Positions 16,253 through 25,800 of a stretch of DNA of 64,000 nucleotides are shown here, one piece after another; within the stretch, counting starts at the first letter, position 1; each line of letters begins with the position of its first letter. Below the pieces are notes generated by a model that saw only the letters and a program-made list of their open reading frames with translations, had not been told where the DNA came from and made no database searches. The translations under genes were made by a program, and so were the position numbers. The stretch comes from Poseidonia sp. (GTDB lineage Archaea > Thermoplasmatota > Poseidoniia > Poseidoniales > Poseidoniaceae). The stretch spans positions 237-64,236 of the forward strand of contig JBMZJQ010000003.1 in the NCBI GenBank assembly GCA_049617635.1. The letters are read 5' to 3'.

Positions 16253-18033
16253 GGTGTCAGCACCTCCGCTACCAAATCGTCAATCGTGGCCTTCGTCTTT
16301 CGATGCCCGTCTTCCCTCAAATGGAGGGCGTCAAACAACCCCAGCCCGAGTGCCAATTCCTCTTGGCCTTTCAGCACCCTCTTCCAAGGTGAATAATGAG
16401 CCAATAACTGCTCAATGTTGCTCACATGGTCGGTGAGGAAGGCGTCCAACATCGTCGGTGAGGTTGCTCTTCCAGCAGGGAGTTTCGGACGGCGAACGAT
16501 GTCTTTTGGAAGTGAGGTTAAGTCTGCTGCTCGGCGTAAAGCTGCTTTTTCTTCTCTCGTGCTCCCACGCTTCCACGCCAACGGTAATTCATTGGACGCT
16601 GTGCGGTGTTCCTTGCCGAGGAACGGCACCCTTACCTCAAGGGAGTGGGCCATTGAGTGTCGGTCAACAAGGCGAAGTTGGAAGTTGCTGAGTTGGCCGT
16701 GTTCGAGTTCAAAATTCAACATGGATTCCAAATCCTCGGTGACCTCGAGTGGATCGTGCTTTGCTTGATACCAACCGTCACCAGCCGTCAGTGTGCCTTG
16801 GAGCAAGGCGTTACGATGAGATTCGGGTAAAGCGTTCATGCGAGCGTGAAGTTCCGTCCCGTGGCGAGCAAGTTCGCCGTACCTTGGGTACCCGCCATGC
16901 AATTCATCCGCCCCTTGGCCGCACAGACCTACCTTGACCTTCTTTGCCATCGCTTCAAACAGAGGATGGAAGAACATCACGGTCACGTCCGTATCCTCTC
17001 CGTGCCATGCCAGTTGGGGGAGGCGGCGTTCAAAAGCATCGGGCTCCAGAATGTGTTGGTGGTGGACGAGGTCATGGTGCGATGCGACGATTTCAGCAGC
17101 AACCCAGTCAGGATTCTCTTCGCTTTCTGCCACGGTCCAACATTCCGGTACCGGCTGATTCGCACGCTGTGAGGCCTCGTGCGCAACGGCACAAACCAAA
17201 CTTGAATCCAAACCACCCGAGAGGACGATACCAACGGGAACATCCGCCATCAATCGCTGCTGAACGCTGTGAACAAACGATTCAAGCAGCCCGGCCGCCT
17301 CGGTGTTAGGGTTCCACGTGCTGCTTGGGACAAGGCGCTGTCGTTCAATCGAGGCGACATCTTCCAACGTCGCCCGGCCTTGGTCATCGAGGCGCCAACA
17401 TTCCACGGTTCCCGAACGAACTTGGTGAACGCCTTGAAGCAGGGTGGTGCCGTCGAGCGGATATTCCCAAACGAGGCGTGCGGCGAGAGCAACCTCATCC
17501 AACATCGGCGAGTACGCTTCATCGGCATGGAATGCCTTCACTTCACTGGCGAACAGGAGGTGGTCTTTCACGGTGGTTCGCACCAGCGGTTTGATCCCGA
17601 GGGGGTCTCTGCCGAGCAGAAGTTGACGATGGCGGGGGTCCCAGAGCGCAAAAGCGTACATCCCATCGAGTTCACCAATCCAGTTGGCGTGTTCGCGAGC
17701 AGAGCACCGGCGTCCAGACGCTGTGGCTGCAGCGTGGAGGGCGAGCAGCGTTTCGCTGTCCCCCGCTGTTTGAAACGGATAGGATGCATGGCGGGCTCGA
17801 AGCGAGCGATGGTTGTAGATCTCTCCGTTGACCACCAACACCGCACCGTGTTCACCCCGCATCGGTTGTTGGCTTGATGCAAGGTCCAGGATAGCCAGTC
17901 GAGCATGGGCAAAGCCAACATCGTCGTCCATCCACACGTCGTTGGCGTCGGGGCCACGGTGGGCTTGAAGCGTGTTCATGCGGTTGAGAATGGACTGGTC
18001 GGGCTGCCCCAACATGCCACCGATGCCGCACAT
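16249..18033 (-). CDS. asnB: Asparagine synthase (glutamine-hydrolysing) family amidotransferase
   Basis: N-terminal MCGIGG (Ntn Cys2), HRGPD, and PP-loop LSGGLDSS. 594 aa. The stop overlaps the start of the downstream GshA-like gene (ATGA at 16249-16252). Confidence 0.85.
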   Translation of the reverse strand: MCGIGGMLGQPDQSILNRMNTLQAHRGPDANDVWMDDDVGFAHARLAILDLASSQQPMRGEHGAVLVVNGEIYNHRSLRARHASYPFQTAGDSETLLALHAAATASGRRCSAREHANWIGELDGMYAFALWDPRHRQLLLGRDPLGIKPLVRTTVKDHLLFASEVKAFHADEAYSPMLDEVALAARLVWEYPLDGTTLLQGVHQVRSGTVECWRLDDQGRATLEDVASIERQRLVPSSTWNPNTEAAGLLESFVHSVQQRLMADVPVGIVLSGGLDSSLVCAVAHEASQRANQPVPECWTVAESEENPDWVAAEIVASHHDLVHHQHILEPDAFERRLPQLAWHGEDTDVTVMFFHPLFEAMAKKVKVGLCGQGADELHGGYPRYGELARHGTELHARMNALPESHRNALLQGTLTAGDGWYQAKHDPLEVTEDLESMLNFELEHGQLSNFQLRLVDRHSMAHSLEVRVPFLGKEHRTASNELPLAWKRGSTREEKAALRRAADLTSLPKDIVRRPKLPAGRATSPTMLDAFLTDHVSNIEQLLAHYSPWKRVLKGQEELALGLGLFDALHLREDGHRKTKATIDDLVAEVLTP

Positions 18034-18274
18034 ATGCCTTGGACAAGCCGCGCCCTTTTGAAGAGATGTTCAAAATCAGCGTAAAAAATTCACCAAAGTG
18101 GATAACGGAACATGGTGACGGCCAAAAGAATGATGGCGAGTGCAAATCCAACTTGGTAAGCGATTTGAGGTGGGTCGGTGCTGTGGGAATCATCGGCCAT
18201 GTTCTTCACCTGCTTCCAACGACTGGAAACCCCCATTTGAACATATTGAGGGAAGCGGGTGAAACTTGCCGAAC

Positions 18275-18901
18275 TCACGCCATCATACCGGCAAAGGGTT
18301 CGAGCAACAAAACAAGGGCGAGCGGGATAAGGACCATCGTGGCGTTGTCATCGATGTAACGAAGTCGTGGCCATTCTGAAATCATGCAAACAGGAGCCAG
18401 GAGAAACGCCATCCAAACAGGTGTGCCAAACAGGGCACTTGACGCCAACCAGATGGCCCACAGGGCGGCGGTTGAGTACACCATGACGTTCCTCGAGGAG
18501 ATGCCTTTTCTTCGAAGCTCACCCATGAGAGGGTCGCCGAGTGCCAAGGAGAGGATGAGCGGGTAAGCATAGGCTTCATGCGGTGCCAAGAGGAGGACAA
18601 AACCAACACCGACGGCACCCCAGGCGAGTGCTGAGACCTGCTTTGCTTCGTAATCACGTTGTCCAAACACGGTGATGCCAAGTTTGAGTCGGATGCCTTC
18701 AGCCACCAAAGCGAAGAGAACCACGCCAGCAACCACTTGTTGCAGTTCCCAGCCGATGCTGTCCGCCACGGATTCGCCGTAGGTGAAGTAGACAAACGGC
18801 AACGCGGCCATGCTCAGGTGAATACCTCTCCGCAGAAGGTGGCCGCGCATTCCACCCACCGAGGTTTCAACGGGGTTGGTCAACTCAACCTGTTCGCTCA
18901 T
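18275..18901 (-). CDS. Polytopic membrane protein, possibly dolichol/polyprenol kinase family (COG0170-like)
   Basis: Start at the internal ATG (MSEQVELT...). RGHLLRRGIHLSMAALPF and LALGDPLMGELRRKG resemble the kinase-family RKxxH and GDxxAxxxG motifs. Weak assignment. Confidence 0.4.
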   Translation of the reverse strand: MSEQVELTNPVETSVGGMRGHLLRRGIHLSMAALPFVYFTYGESVADSIGWELQQVVAGVVLFALVAEGIRLKLGITVFGQRDYEAKQVSALAWGAVGVGFVLLLAPHEAYAYPLILSLALGDPLMGELRRKGISSRNVMVYSTAALWAIWLASSALFGTPVWMAFLLAPVCMISEWPRLRYIDDNATMVLIPLALVLLLEPFAGMMA

Positions 18902-19808
18902 GGGTGTCGCCTTGAAGTTCAGCCAACGCCTCTTGAATATCAAGGGTGCCCTCGCAAAGCCCGTCCAAGACCGCATTGTAACGTGGATGGTGCAACAGCC
19001 GTCGCTCGTGTTGAGCAAGAAGCCGTTCTCGCATCCGAGCACGGGTTGCTCTTCCTGTGCTGTTGAGATTCAGCAACGCCTCGGCTGCGTTCTCGATGCC
19101 ATCGCCTCTCAATCCTGAGGTGAGGTAGACGTCGGGCGCATCGTCGCCGTCAAGTGCGAAGGATTCCCTCAACTCACCGGCATGGCGGTCGGCACCCTCG
19201 AGGTCCGATTTGTTGACGAGAACCACATCGGCCAACTCAAGCAAACCTGCCTTTTCAGCCTGAATGCCATCGCCGCGGGCGGGCCCTTCTACGACCACGA
19301 TGCGGTCTGCAACAGCAGCACATCGCAACTCTGCCTGCCCTGCTCCGACGGTTTCAATGAGCACGCGCTGCCATCCACAGGCCAACAGGAAGGAGGCCAT
19401 GTCTTCGACGATGAGCGGAACGCTTCCCGAAGAGGCCCTTGTCGCAAGAGAGCGAACGTAGACGCGTTCATTCAATGCCGGATTGTCCACCGAAGACATT
19501 CTCACGCGGTCACCCAAGAGCGCCCCGCCACTTCGAGGAGAACTCGGGTCAACGGCGAGAAGAGCGACCCTCAACCCGTTGCTGGCCCAGGTGGTGATGA
19601 TCGCATCCAACAGGACCGACTTCCCCACCCCGGGGGCCCCGGTTACCGCCATGGTTTGCCAGCCCTCAGATTCTATAGAAGGCGGCTCTCCGAGGATTTT
19701 CTCCACGTTGACGGTGCCGTTTTCAATGGCCGAGAGCATCCGGGCAAGGGCGCGCCGATCGCCATCAAGAGCGCGTTGAAGTTCATCGGCCATGCTTGCC
19801 GCCTCCAT
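18885..19808 (-). CDS. meaB: Methylmalonyl-CoA mutase-associated G-protein chaperone MeaB/ArgK
   Basis: P-loop GAPGVGKSVLL, LAVDPSSPRSGGALLGDRVRM, and NKxD as VNKSDL. The ORF-track start at 19826 is TTG. The ATG at 19808 overlaps the upstream stop as TGATG. Confidence 0.85.
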   Translation of the reverse strand: MEAASMADELQRALDGDRRALARMLSAIENGTVNVEKILGEPPSIESEGWQTMAVTGAPGVGKSVLLDAIITTWASNGLRVALLAVDPSSPRSGGALLGDRVRMSSVDNPALNERVYVRSLATRASSGSVPLIVEDMASFLLACGWQRVLIETVGAGQAELRCAAVADRIVVVEGPARGDGIQAEKAGLLELADVVLVNKSDLEGADRHAGELRESFALDGDDAPDVYLTSGLRGDGIENAAEALLNLNSTGRATRARMRERLLAQHERRLLHHPRYNAVLDGLCEGTLDIQEALAELQGDTHERTG

Positions 19809-20254
19809 CACGCCGAGGATTCCCAATGCCAGTCGCTCGATTGGCCAACACCGGCATCGTCCATGGCCGAGGCGGTTTGAATGAATTCCAAGATTTCGCT
19901 TGTGGGGGTGCCCGGCCCAAACACGGCACGAATCCCCACAGCGTGCAGTGCAGGGCGGTCATCGTTGGGAATGATGCCCCCGCCAAAGACGATGACATCG
20001 TCGAGGCCGGCCTCTCGGAGTTTGTCACAGACTTGTGGGAACAGATGAGCGTGGGCGCCAGAGAGCGAGGAAAGCCCGAGGAAGCGGGCGTCTTCGTCTC
20101 GAACGGTGTCCACGATTTGTTGCGAAGTCCGTCGCAGGCCGGTGTAGATGACCTCGTGACCGGCGTCCCGAAGGGCACGTGCGACCACTTTGGCTCCACG
20201 GTCATGACCGTCAAGTCCGGGCTTGGCCACCACGATGCGCAACGGCTGGTCCAT
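19808..20254 (-). CDS. Methylmalonyl-CoA mutase, B12-binding small subunit/domain
   Basis: RIVVAKPGLDGHDRGAKVVARALRDAGHEVIYTG and GLSSLSGAH (DxHxxG-type cobalamin-binding region). Start taken at MDQPLRIVV. Confidence 0.85.
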   Translation of the reverse strand: MDQPLRIVVAKPGLDGHDRGAKVVARALRDAGHEVIYTGLRRTSQQIVDTVRDEDARFLGLSSLSGAHAHLFPQVCDKLREAGLDDVIVFGGGIIPNDDRPALHAVGIRAVFGPGTPTSEILEFIQTASAMDDAGVGQSSDWHWESSA

Positions 20255-20369
20255 GATGAGTGGACGAGACGCTTCCCTATCAACGCAACCCCACAGAAGG
20301 GTCGAGGTTGGCATTTTCCAAGAGCAAGCAATAAGGGCGGCTTAGGGCGAGAAGTTGCCGGGGAACCCC

Positions 20370-21923
20370 ATGTCAAGCACGGAAGAGCGACTCAAGGATT
20401 TGCGAAACCGCAAATCTCGAAGTGAGGCCGGCGGAGGCCAAGCCCGCGTCGAGGCACAACACAACCGGGGCAAGATGACGGCGCGTGAGCGCCTTGAACT
20501 GCTTCTTGACGACGGTAGTTTCCAAGAAATCGACGCTTTGGTAGAACATCGCTGTCGAGATTTTGACATGGACAAGAATGTCATTCCCGGCGACGGTGTT
20601 GTGACCGGTCACGGCACCATCAACGGACGAGAAGTCTTCGCCTTTGCTCAGGATTTCACCGTGTACGGTGGTTCATTGGGTGAAATGCACGGTCTGAAAA
20701 TTTGCAAGGTGCTCGACATGGCCCTCAAAACGGGCCGGCCCGTCATCGGCATGAACGACTCTGGTGGCGCTCGCATCCAAGAAGGCGTGGCATCGCTCGG
20801 TTCCTACGCTGAAATTTTCTTCCGCAATGTGCGAGCCTCCGGGGTCGTCCCCCAAATCTCGGTCATCATGGGGCCCTGTGCGGGTGGGGCGGTGTACTCG
20901 CCTGCGATCACTGATTTTGTCATCATGGTGGACCAAACGGCCCACATGTTCATCACCGGTCCGGAGGTCATCAAGACCGTCACCAATGAAGTGGTCAGTT
21001 TCGAGGACTTGGGCGGTGCTGCAACACACGGTTCCAAGTCAGGGGTGTCCCACTTCACGGCCAGCGACGACGAGCACGCGATTCAAATGGCACGAGACCT
21101 GTGTGACTTGTTGCCTCCCAACAACCTTGAACGCCCGCCGATGAAGAAAACCAGCGACAGCAAAAACCGTTCCTGCGACGCATTGGACAGCATCATCCCC
21201 GACGACCCTGCAAAGCCCTACGATGTCGTGGACGTCATTTCAGAGGTGCTTGATGACGGTGGCTTCATGGAGGTTCAAGCAGAATGGGCACAAAACATCG
21301 TCGTTGGCTTTGGTCACCTTGGCGGCCACACCGTGGGCGTGGTGGCCAACCAACCGAAAGTGTTGGCAGGATGTTTGGACATCGACGCCAGCGATAAAGC
21401 AGCTCGATTTGTTCGGTTTTGCGATGCGTTCAACATCCCGCTGATCACCTTTGAAGATGTCCCTGGTTTCCTTCCAGGGACCAATCAGGAATGGGGTGGC
21501 ATCATCCGTCACGGCGCAAAACTCCTCTACGCCTTTGCCGAAGCAACCGTTCCCAAGCTCACGGTCATTCTTCGCAAGGCCTATGGAGGCGCGTACGACG
21601 TGATGTCAAGCAAGCATATTCGCGGCGATTACAACGTCGCTTGGCCATCCGCTGAGCTCGCCGTTATGGGGGCCGACGGAGCGGTGGAGATCATCCACCG
21701 ACGTCGTATCGCCCACGCACGTAATCCTGAACAGGAACGTGAGCGCTTGACCGAGGACTTCAAAGAAACCTTTGCCAATCCGTACAAGGCGGCGGCGATG
21801 GGTTATCTCGACGATGTCATCGAACCCAACCAAACCCGACAACGTCTGTGCAGGGCGCTTGAAATGCTCATCGACAAAGAAGAATTGCGTCCAGCACGAA
21901 AGCATGGGAACATACCGCTGTGA
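20370..21923 (+). CDS. pccB: Acyl-CoA carboxylase carboxyltransferase subunit (propionyl-CoA carboxylase beta / methylmalonyl-CoA carboxyltransferase 12S family)
   Basis: [35 protein letters not shown] and [10 protein letters not shown]. The ORF-track start at 20355 is TTG; the first ATG is 20370. Confidence 0.9.
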   Translation: MSSTEERLKDLRNRKSRSEAGGGQARVEAQHNRGKMTARERLELLLDDGSFQEIDALVEHRCRDFDMDKNVIPGDGVVTGHGTINGREVFAFAQDFTVYGGSLGEMHGLKICKVLDMALKTGRPVIGMNDSGGARIQEGVASLGSYAEIFFRNVRASGVVPQISVIMGPCAGGAVYSPAITDFVIMVDQTAHMFITGPEVIKTVTNEVVSFEDLGGAATHGSKSGVSHFTASDDEHAIQMARDLCDLLPPNNLERPPMKKTSDSKNRSCDALDSIIPDDPAKPYDVVDVISEVLDDGGFMEVQAEWAQNIVVGFGHLGGHTVGVVANQPKVLAGCLDIDASDKAARFVRFCDAFNIPLITFEDVPGFLPGTNQEWGGIIRHGAKLLYAFAEATVPKLTVILRKAYGGAYDVMSSKHIRGDYNVAWPSAELAVMGADGAVEIIHRRRIAHARNPEQERERLTEDFKETFANPYKAAAMGYLDDVIEPNQTRQRLCRALEMLIDKEELRPARKHGNIPL

Positions 21924-21926
21924 GGG

Positions 21927-22124
21927 ATGAGCATGACGAACAAGGTATCCGAACCGATGATGGCAGCGATGGCTGCGGTCATTGCAGCCACGCTTGCCGA
22001 GGGCGACGACCCTTCTCTCATCGCTCGCCAATTGGGTGCTTCTTGGTCACAAGATCACCGTCGCCAGATGACGGGTCAACGGTCGTTGATGAACGCCCGC
22101 GCAGGGCGCTCTCCTTGGAGGTGA
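21927..22124 (+). CDS. Small subunit candidate (OadG/MmdD-like Ala-rich motif), hypothetical
   Basis: 65 aa packed between the carboxyltransferase (4-nt gap) and BCCP (4-nt gap). EPMMAAMAAVIAATLA resembles the Ala-rich motif of decarboxylase gamma/delta small subunits. Weak. Confidence 0.35.
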   Translation: MSMTNKVSEPMMAAMAAVIAATLAEGDDPSLIARQLGASWSQDHRRQMTGQRSLMNARAGRSPWR

Positions 22125-22128
22125 ATGG

Positions 22129-22536
22129 ATGACAGAGAAGCGAAAAGTAATCGTCAACGGAACCGAATATGAAGTCGAGTTGGAACTTGACGGGTCGGTT
22201 TGGAACGCCACCGTAGCAGGAGAGACCTTCGCCATCGAAATGCCCGATGTCGAAAGCGTATCCAAGCCAAAGCGTTCCGGTGGGCGCAAGAAGAAGAAAT
22301 CTGGAACCGTTTCTGCAAACATTCCCGGCAAAGTCGTGACGGTTGAAGTGAGCGAAGGGCAACGGGTGAACGAAGGGCAAGTGATCTTGATTCTTGAAGC
22401 CATGAAAATGCAAAATGAAATCCAGGCTCCCGTCACTGGAACCGTGGTGACCGTTCATTGCAGCGAAGGTGAAGCCATCGAGGCCAACGTACCGTTGGTG
22501 GTGATTGAACCAGATGCAACCGACGATGAGGACTGA
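22129..22536 (+). CDS. Biotin carboxyl carrier protein (biotinyl domain)
   Basis: Biotinylation motif LEAMKMQNEI and Lys/Pro-rich linker KPKRSGGRKKKKSG. GGAGGTGA SD upstream. Confidence 0.85.
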   Translation: MTEKRKVIVNGTEYEVELELDGSVWNATVAGETFAIEMPDVESVSKPKRSGGRKKKKSGTVSANIPGKVVTVEVSEGQRVNEGQVILILEAMKMQNEIQAPVTGTVVTVHCSEGEAIEANVPLVVIEPDATDDED

Positions 22537-22590
22537 TGTTTACCTAGGTTTGAGCAAGGGTTAATGTAGCGTCGGAGGTGATGGTTGCTT

Positions 22591-22830
22591 ATGGACGAGA
22601 AACCTGTGTGCGACCTTCCGGGATGTGGTGAAGAGGGTACCATCGTTTCTCGCCTCTCGCCCGAGGGGTATCTTGTTGCTACCGGGAAAAAGGCCTACTC
22701 GTTTCGAGAAGCATACCGTCGGTTCCACTATTGTCAAACGCACCACGATGAGTTGATGGGAGGCGTTTGGTCTCGTGTCCGCCAACCCGACGACAAAGGG
22801 GATGGGCACGTGGCCCCAACCGCTATTTGA
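22591..22830 (+). CDS. Small Cys/His-rich hypothetical protein (possible zinc binder)
   Basis: ATG at 22591 is preceded by GGAGGTGAT (22571-22579). CDLPGC ... HYCQTHH. 79 aa. No family recognised. Confidence 0.4.
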   Translation: MDEKPVCDLPGCGEEGTIVSRLSPEGYLVATGKKAYSFREAYRRFHYCQTHHDELMGGVWSRVRQPDDKGDGHVAPTAI

Positions 22831-22847
22831 GCCCGTTCGGGGTAGGT

Positions 22848-22856
22848 GTGATATAC
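22848..22856 (+). promoter_or_regulatory. TATA-box-like element about 25 nt upstream of the ATG at 22877 (suggests a leaderless transcript)
   Basis: ATATACTAT centred about 25 nt upstream of the start codon of the 1356-aa surface-protein gene. Spacing is typical for archaeal TATA-to-TSS. Confidence 0.3.
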
Positions 22857-22876
22857 TATCCAACATTGGTTTGGTC

Positions 22877-25800
22877 ATGCGCCATGTTGCAGCCACAAAG
22901 CAAGCCAAAGCGAGCTCCCTCGTCTTGATGCTGGTCCTTGCCTCTCTTCTCGCTATGTTCACACCCGGCGTGCAAGCCGTTGGACCTAACCAAAACGACC
23001 TCAACAGTAGCGGTGATTTGCCCGACAACATGACGGTCAACATCACGAATTACATCTTCAGCAGCACCTACTCAGGAACGGGTGAACTCGATTGGGGGGA
23101 CGATGATGACTTCATTCGAGTAGCTCTCACAAGCACCCAAGGCCTTGCCGCCACCCTCTCCTTCGCCAACACCACCACGTTTTCGAACGGAACCACGGTC
23201 TCCAATGATTTCGACCTGGCCTTTTACGACAGCTCGATGAACATGATGACGATGTCGTGGAACAGCAATCCTGAATCGGTCACGACCAACGGGAGCACCT
23301 CCGGTCACGGTGGCATGGTCTATGTTGGAATTTCGCGCTGGACCGGTTCGGGTGCTTGGACGTTGAACCTCTACAAATTCACGGTCAGCAGTACCGGTGG
23401 AAACGGAACGGGTGGGCCAGGCGGCGGGACCATCACAAACTGCACGGGCAACAACACCCTCGCTTCAGACATCTTGGAGCCCAACGACAGTACCGCCACG
23501 GCTTCACCCGCCAACATGTTGCCGTTAACCTGCACCGGGCTTTCGATCCATTCCACTTCGGACATTGATTTCTTCGAAGTCTACATGATTGCAGGAACCA
23601 CTTACTACGCCAACATCACCTTCTTGCATGCCAACGGCGACATCGATGTCAGCTGGCAGACGTCTCTTGGTGGCTTCCTTGACAGCGGGGGTTCCGTCAC
23701 CGACGATGAGACCATGCAGGTGACGGCCAGTGTCAATCAAACAACCTACATTGAAGTCTTCGGGTACAGCGGCGCTACCAACACCTATGGCATCGACATC
23801 ACAACGGACAATCCCGGAGGAGGCCAAACCTTCGAAACGGTCACGGTCAACATGGTCAATACCTCGTTCTCGACCCTATCGTTCAGCGGTCTTACCAACG
23901 GCACGACCTATCAGTACAACCATTCGTACGGGCACGAGTACCTCGACGGGAATTTTACATGGAGCACCTCCGTCACAGGCAATTTCACGGCCAACGGCAC
24001 GACACACGCCATGAACATCACCACCCAAGCAGCCTCTGGCGAGGGTGAGATGTACGTGATGGCCTCCTTGCTTTCGGCCACTGGAACCTACCTCCATGCA
24101 GACATCGATACCACCTACATCGAGTCGGTTGAAGCAGCCGTCACCTCGTCAACTTCGGGTGACATCAGCGTCACGAACCTCTCCACCTCAACCACGTACA
24201 CCTTGGAATGGGTCACCCTTGATTACGACGAGTGGATGACCAATTATTCAGTCTCCAACGATGTCCATGCCGCCATCAACGCCTCCATGATCGACAGCGA
24301 TTCCTGGAGCATTTCCAACACCGCCTCGGTGAGTTACCAAGTCAATTGGACGGGCCCGACCACAATGAACGACCATCTGTTCCTTGCCTACATCTATTTG
24401 CCTGGCACGGTTCCGGATTTGGACACCAACGAAAACCTCACTGGACTCCATTTTGATGAGTTCATTCCACAACTTCCCGCCCTTGTCCTGAATGGCTATT
24501 CGACCAGTTCAACGGCGAGCACCAACAACGTGCAAGCCAAGGGTGCCGATTTGGTGGTGGGCGACAGCTACCAGTACCAATATCGAGTGACCGATGCTTC
24601 CGGGGCCAACTTGGCCACGTCTTCCATGACCTCGTTTACCGCCACGGCGCAAAACATGAGCATCACCTCGTGGAGTTACACCACGCCCACCTCATCGGGC
24701 ACCTACTGCGTCCACATCGACCTGTATTCCAACGTCTCGGTGCAGTTGATCGGCGACGACGATTGTTTCCAAATCACCATCGATGACGACAACGACGGTG
24801 TGGCCAACGAGGCCGACCAATGCCCCAACACCGCTACGGGGGCCATCGTTGACCAGTACGGTTGTGCCCTCGCTCAGAAGGACACCGACGGCGACGGCTA
24901 CAACGATGCTGTTGATGCCTTCCCCACCGACGCCACCCAATGGTCCGATATGGACGGAGATGGTTACGGGGACAACGCCAGTGGCAACAACCCCGATGCC
25001 TTCCCAACCGACGGAAGCCAGTGGTCCGATGCCGATGGTGACGGCTACGGTGATAACGCCAGCGGGAACATGCCGGATGCCTTCCCCATGGACCCCACGC
25101 AGTGGTCGGACGCTGACGGCGACGGCTACGGTGACAACGCCAGTGGCAACAACCCCGATGCATGGCCCTCGGACAGTACGCAATGGGCTGACAGCGACGG
25201 CGATGGCTACGGTGATAACCCAACCGGAACCAACGGTGACGCCTTCCCCACCGACCCCACGCAGTGGTCCGATGCAGACGGCGATGGCTACGGCGACAAT
25301 CCAAACGGAACCACACCAGATGCGTTCCCCAACGACGGTACACAATGGGCCGACGGTGATGGCGACGGTTACGGTGACAATCCCAACGGCAACAACGGGG
25401 ACGATTTCCCCAACGACCCAAGCCAGTGGAGCGATGCGGACGGTGACGGCTACGGTGACAATCAAGCAGGAACCAGTCCTGATGCCTTCCCATCTGATTC
25501 AACCCAGTGGAACGACACGGACGGTGACGGATACGGCGATAACGCAGCGGGGCTCAACGCTGATGCCTTCCCGAACGACTCGACGCAATGGCGAGACGCC
25601 GATGGCGACGGTTACGGCGACAATGCCAACGGGAACAACCCCGATCTTTGTCTAAACACACCTTCCGGTGAAGCCGTTGATGAAAACGGCTGTTCGGCCT
25701 CTCAACTCGACGCTGACATGGACGGTGTGAGCGATTCGCTCGATGCCTGCCCCGATACGCCAGCCGGCGAACCTGTTGACAATGTTGGATGCTCAAGCAG

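Noticed and set aside
18090-18200. A 36-codon ORF with one TM helix (MADDSHSTDPPQIAYQVGFALAIILLAVTMFRYPLW) in the asnB upstream gap.
   Set aside because: It is too short to support, has no SD seen and no family signature.
22537-22876. The largest non-annotated gap (340 bp), examined for a structured RNA such as SRP RNA, RNase P RNA or a C/D box sRNA.
   Set aside because: I could recognise no conserved SRP or RNase P motif and no clean C/D box pair. The region is better explained by an SD-preceded small ORF plus a TATA-like element. A covariance-model scan would settle it.
24692-25655. Alternative-frame and antisense ORFs (257-290 codons) inside the thrombospondin-like repeat array.
   Set aside because: They are a by-product of the periodic repeat, which keeps all frames open. 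Only the DADGDGYGDN frame is continuous with the signal peptide and the TM anchor.
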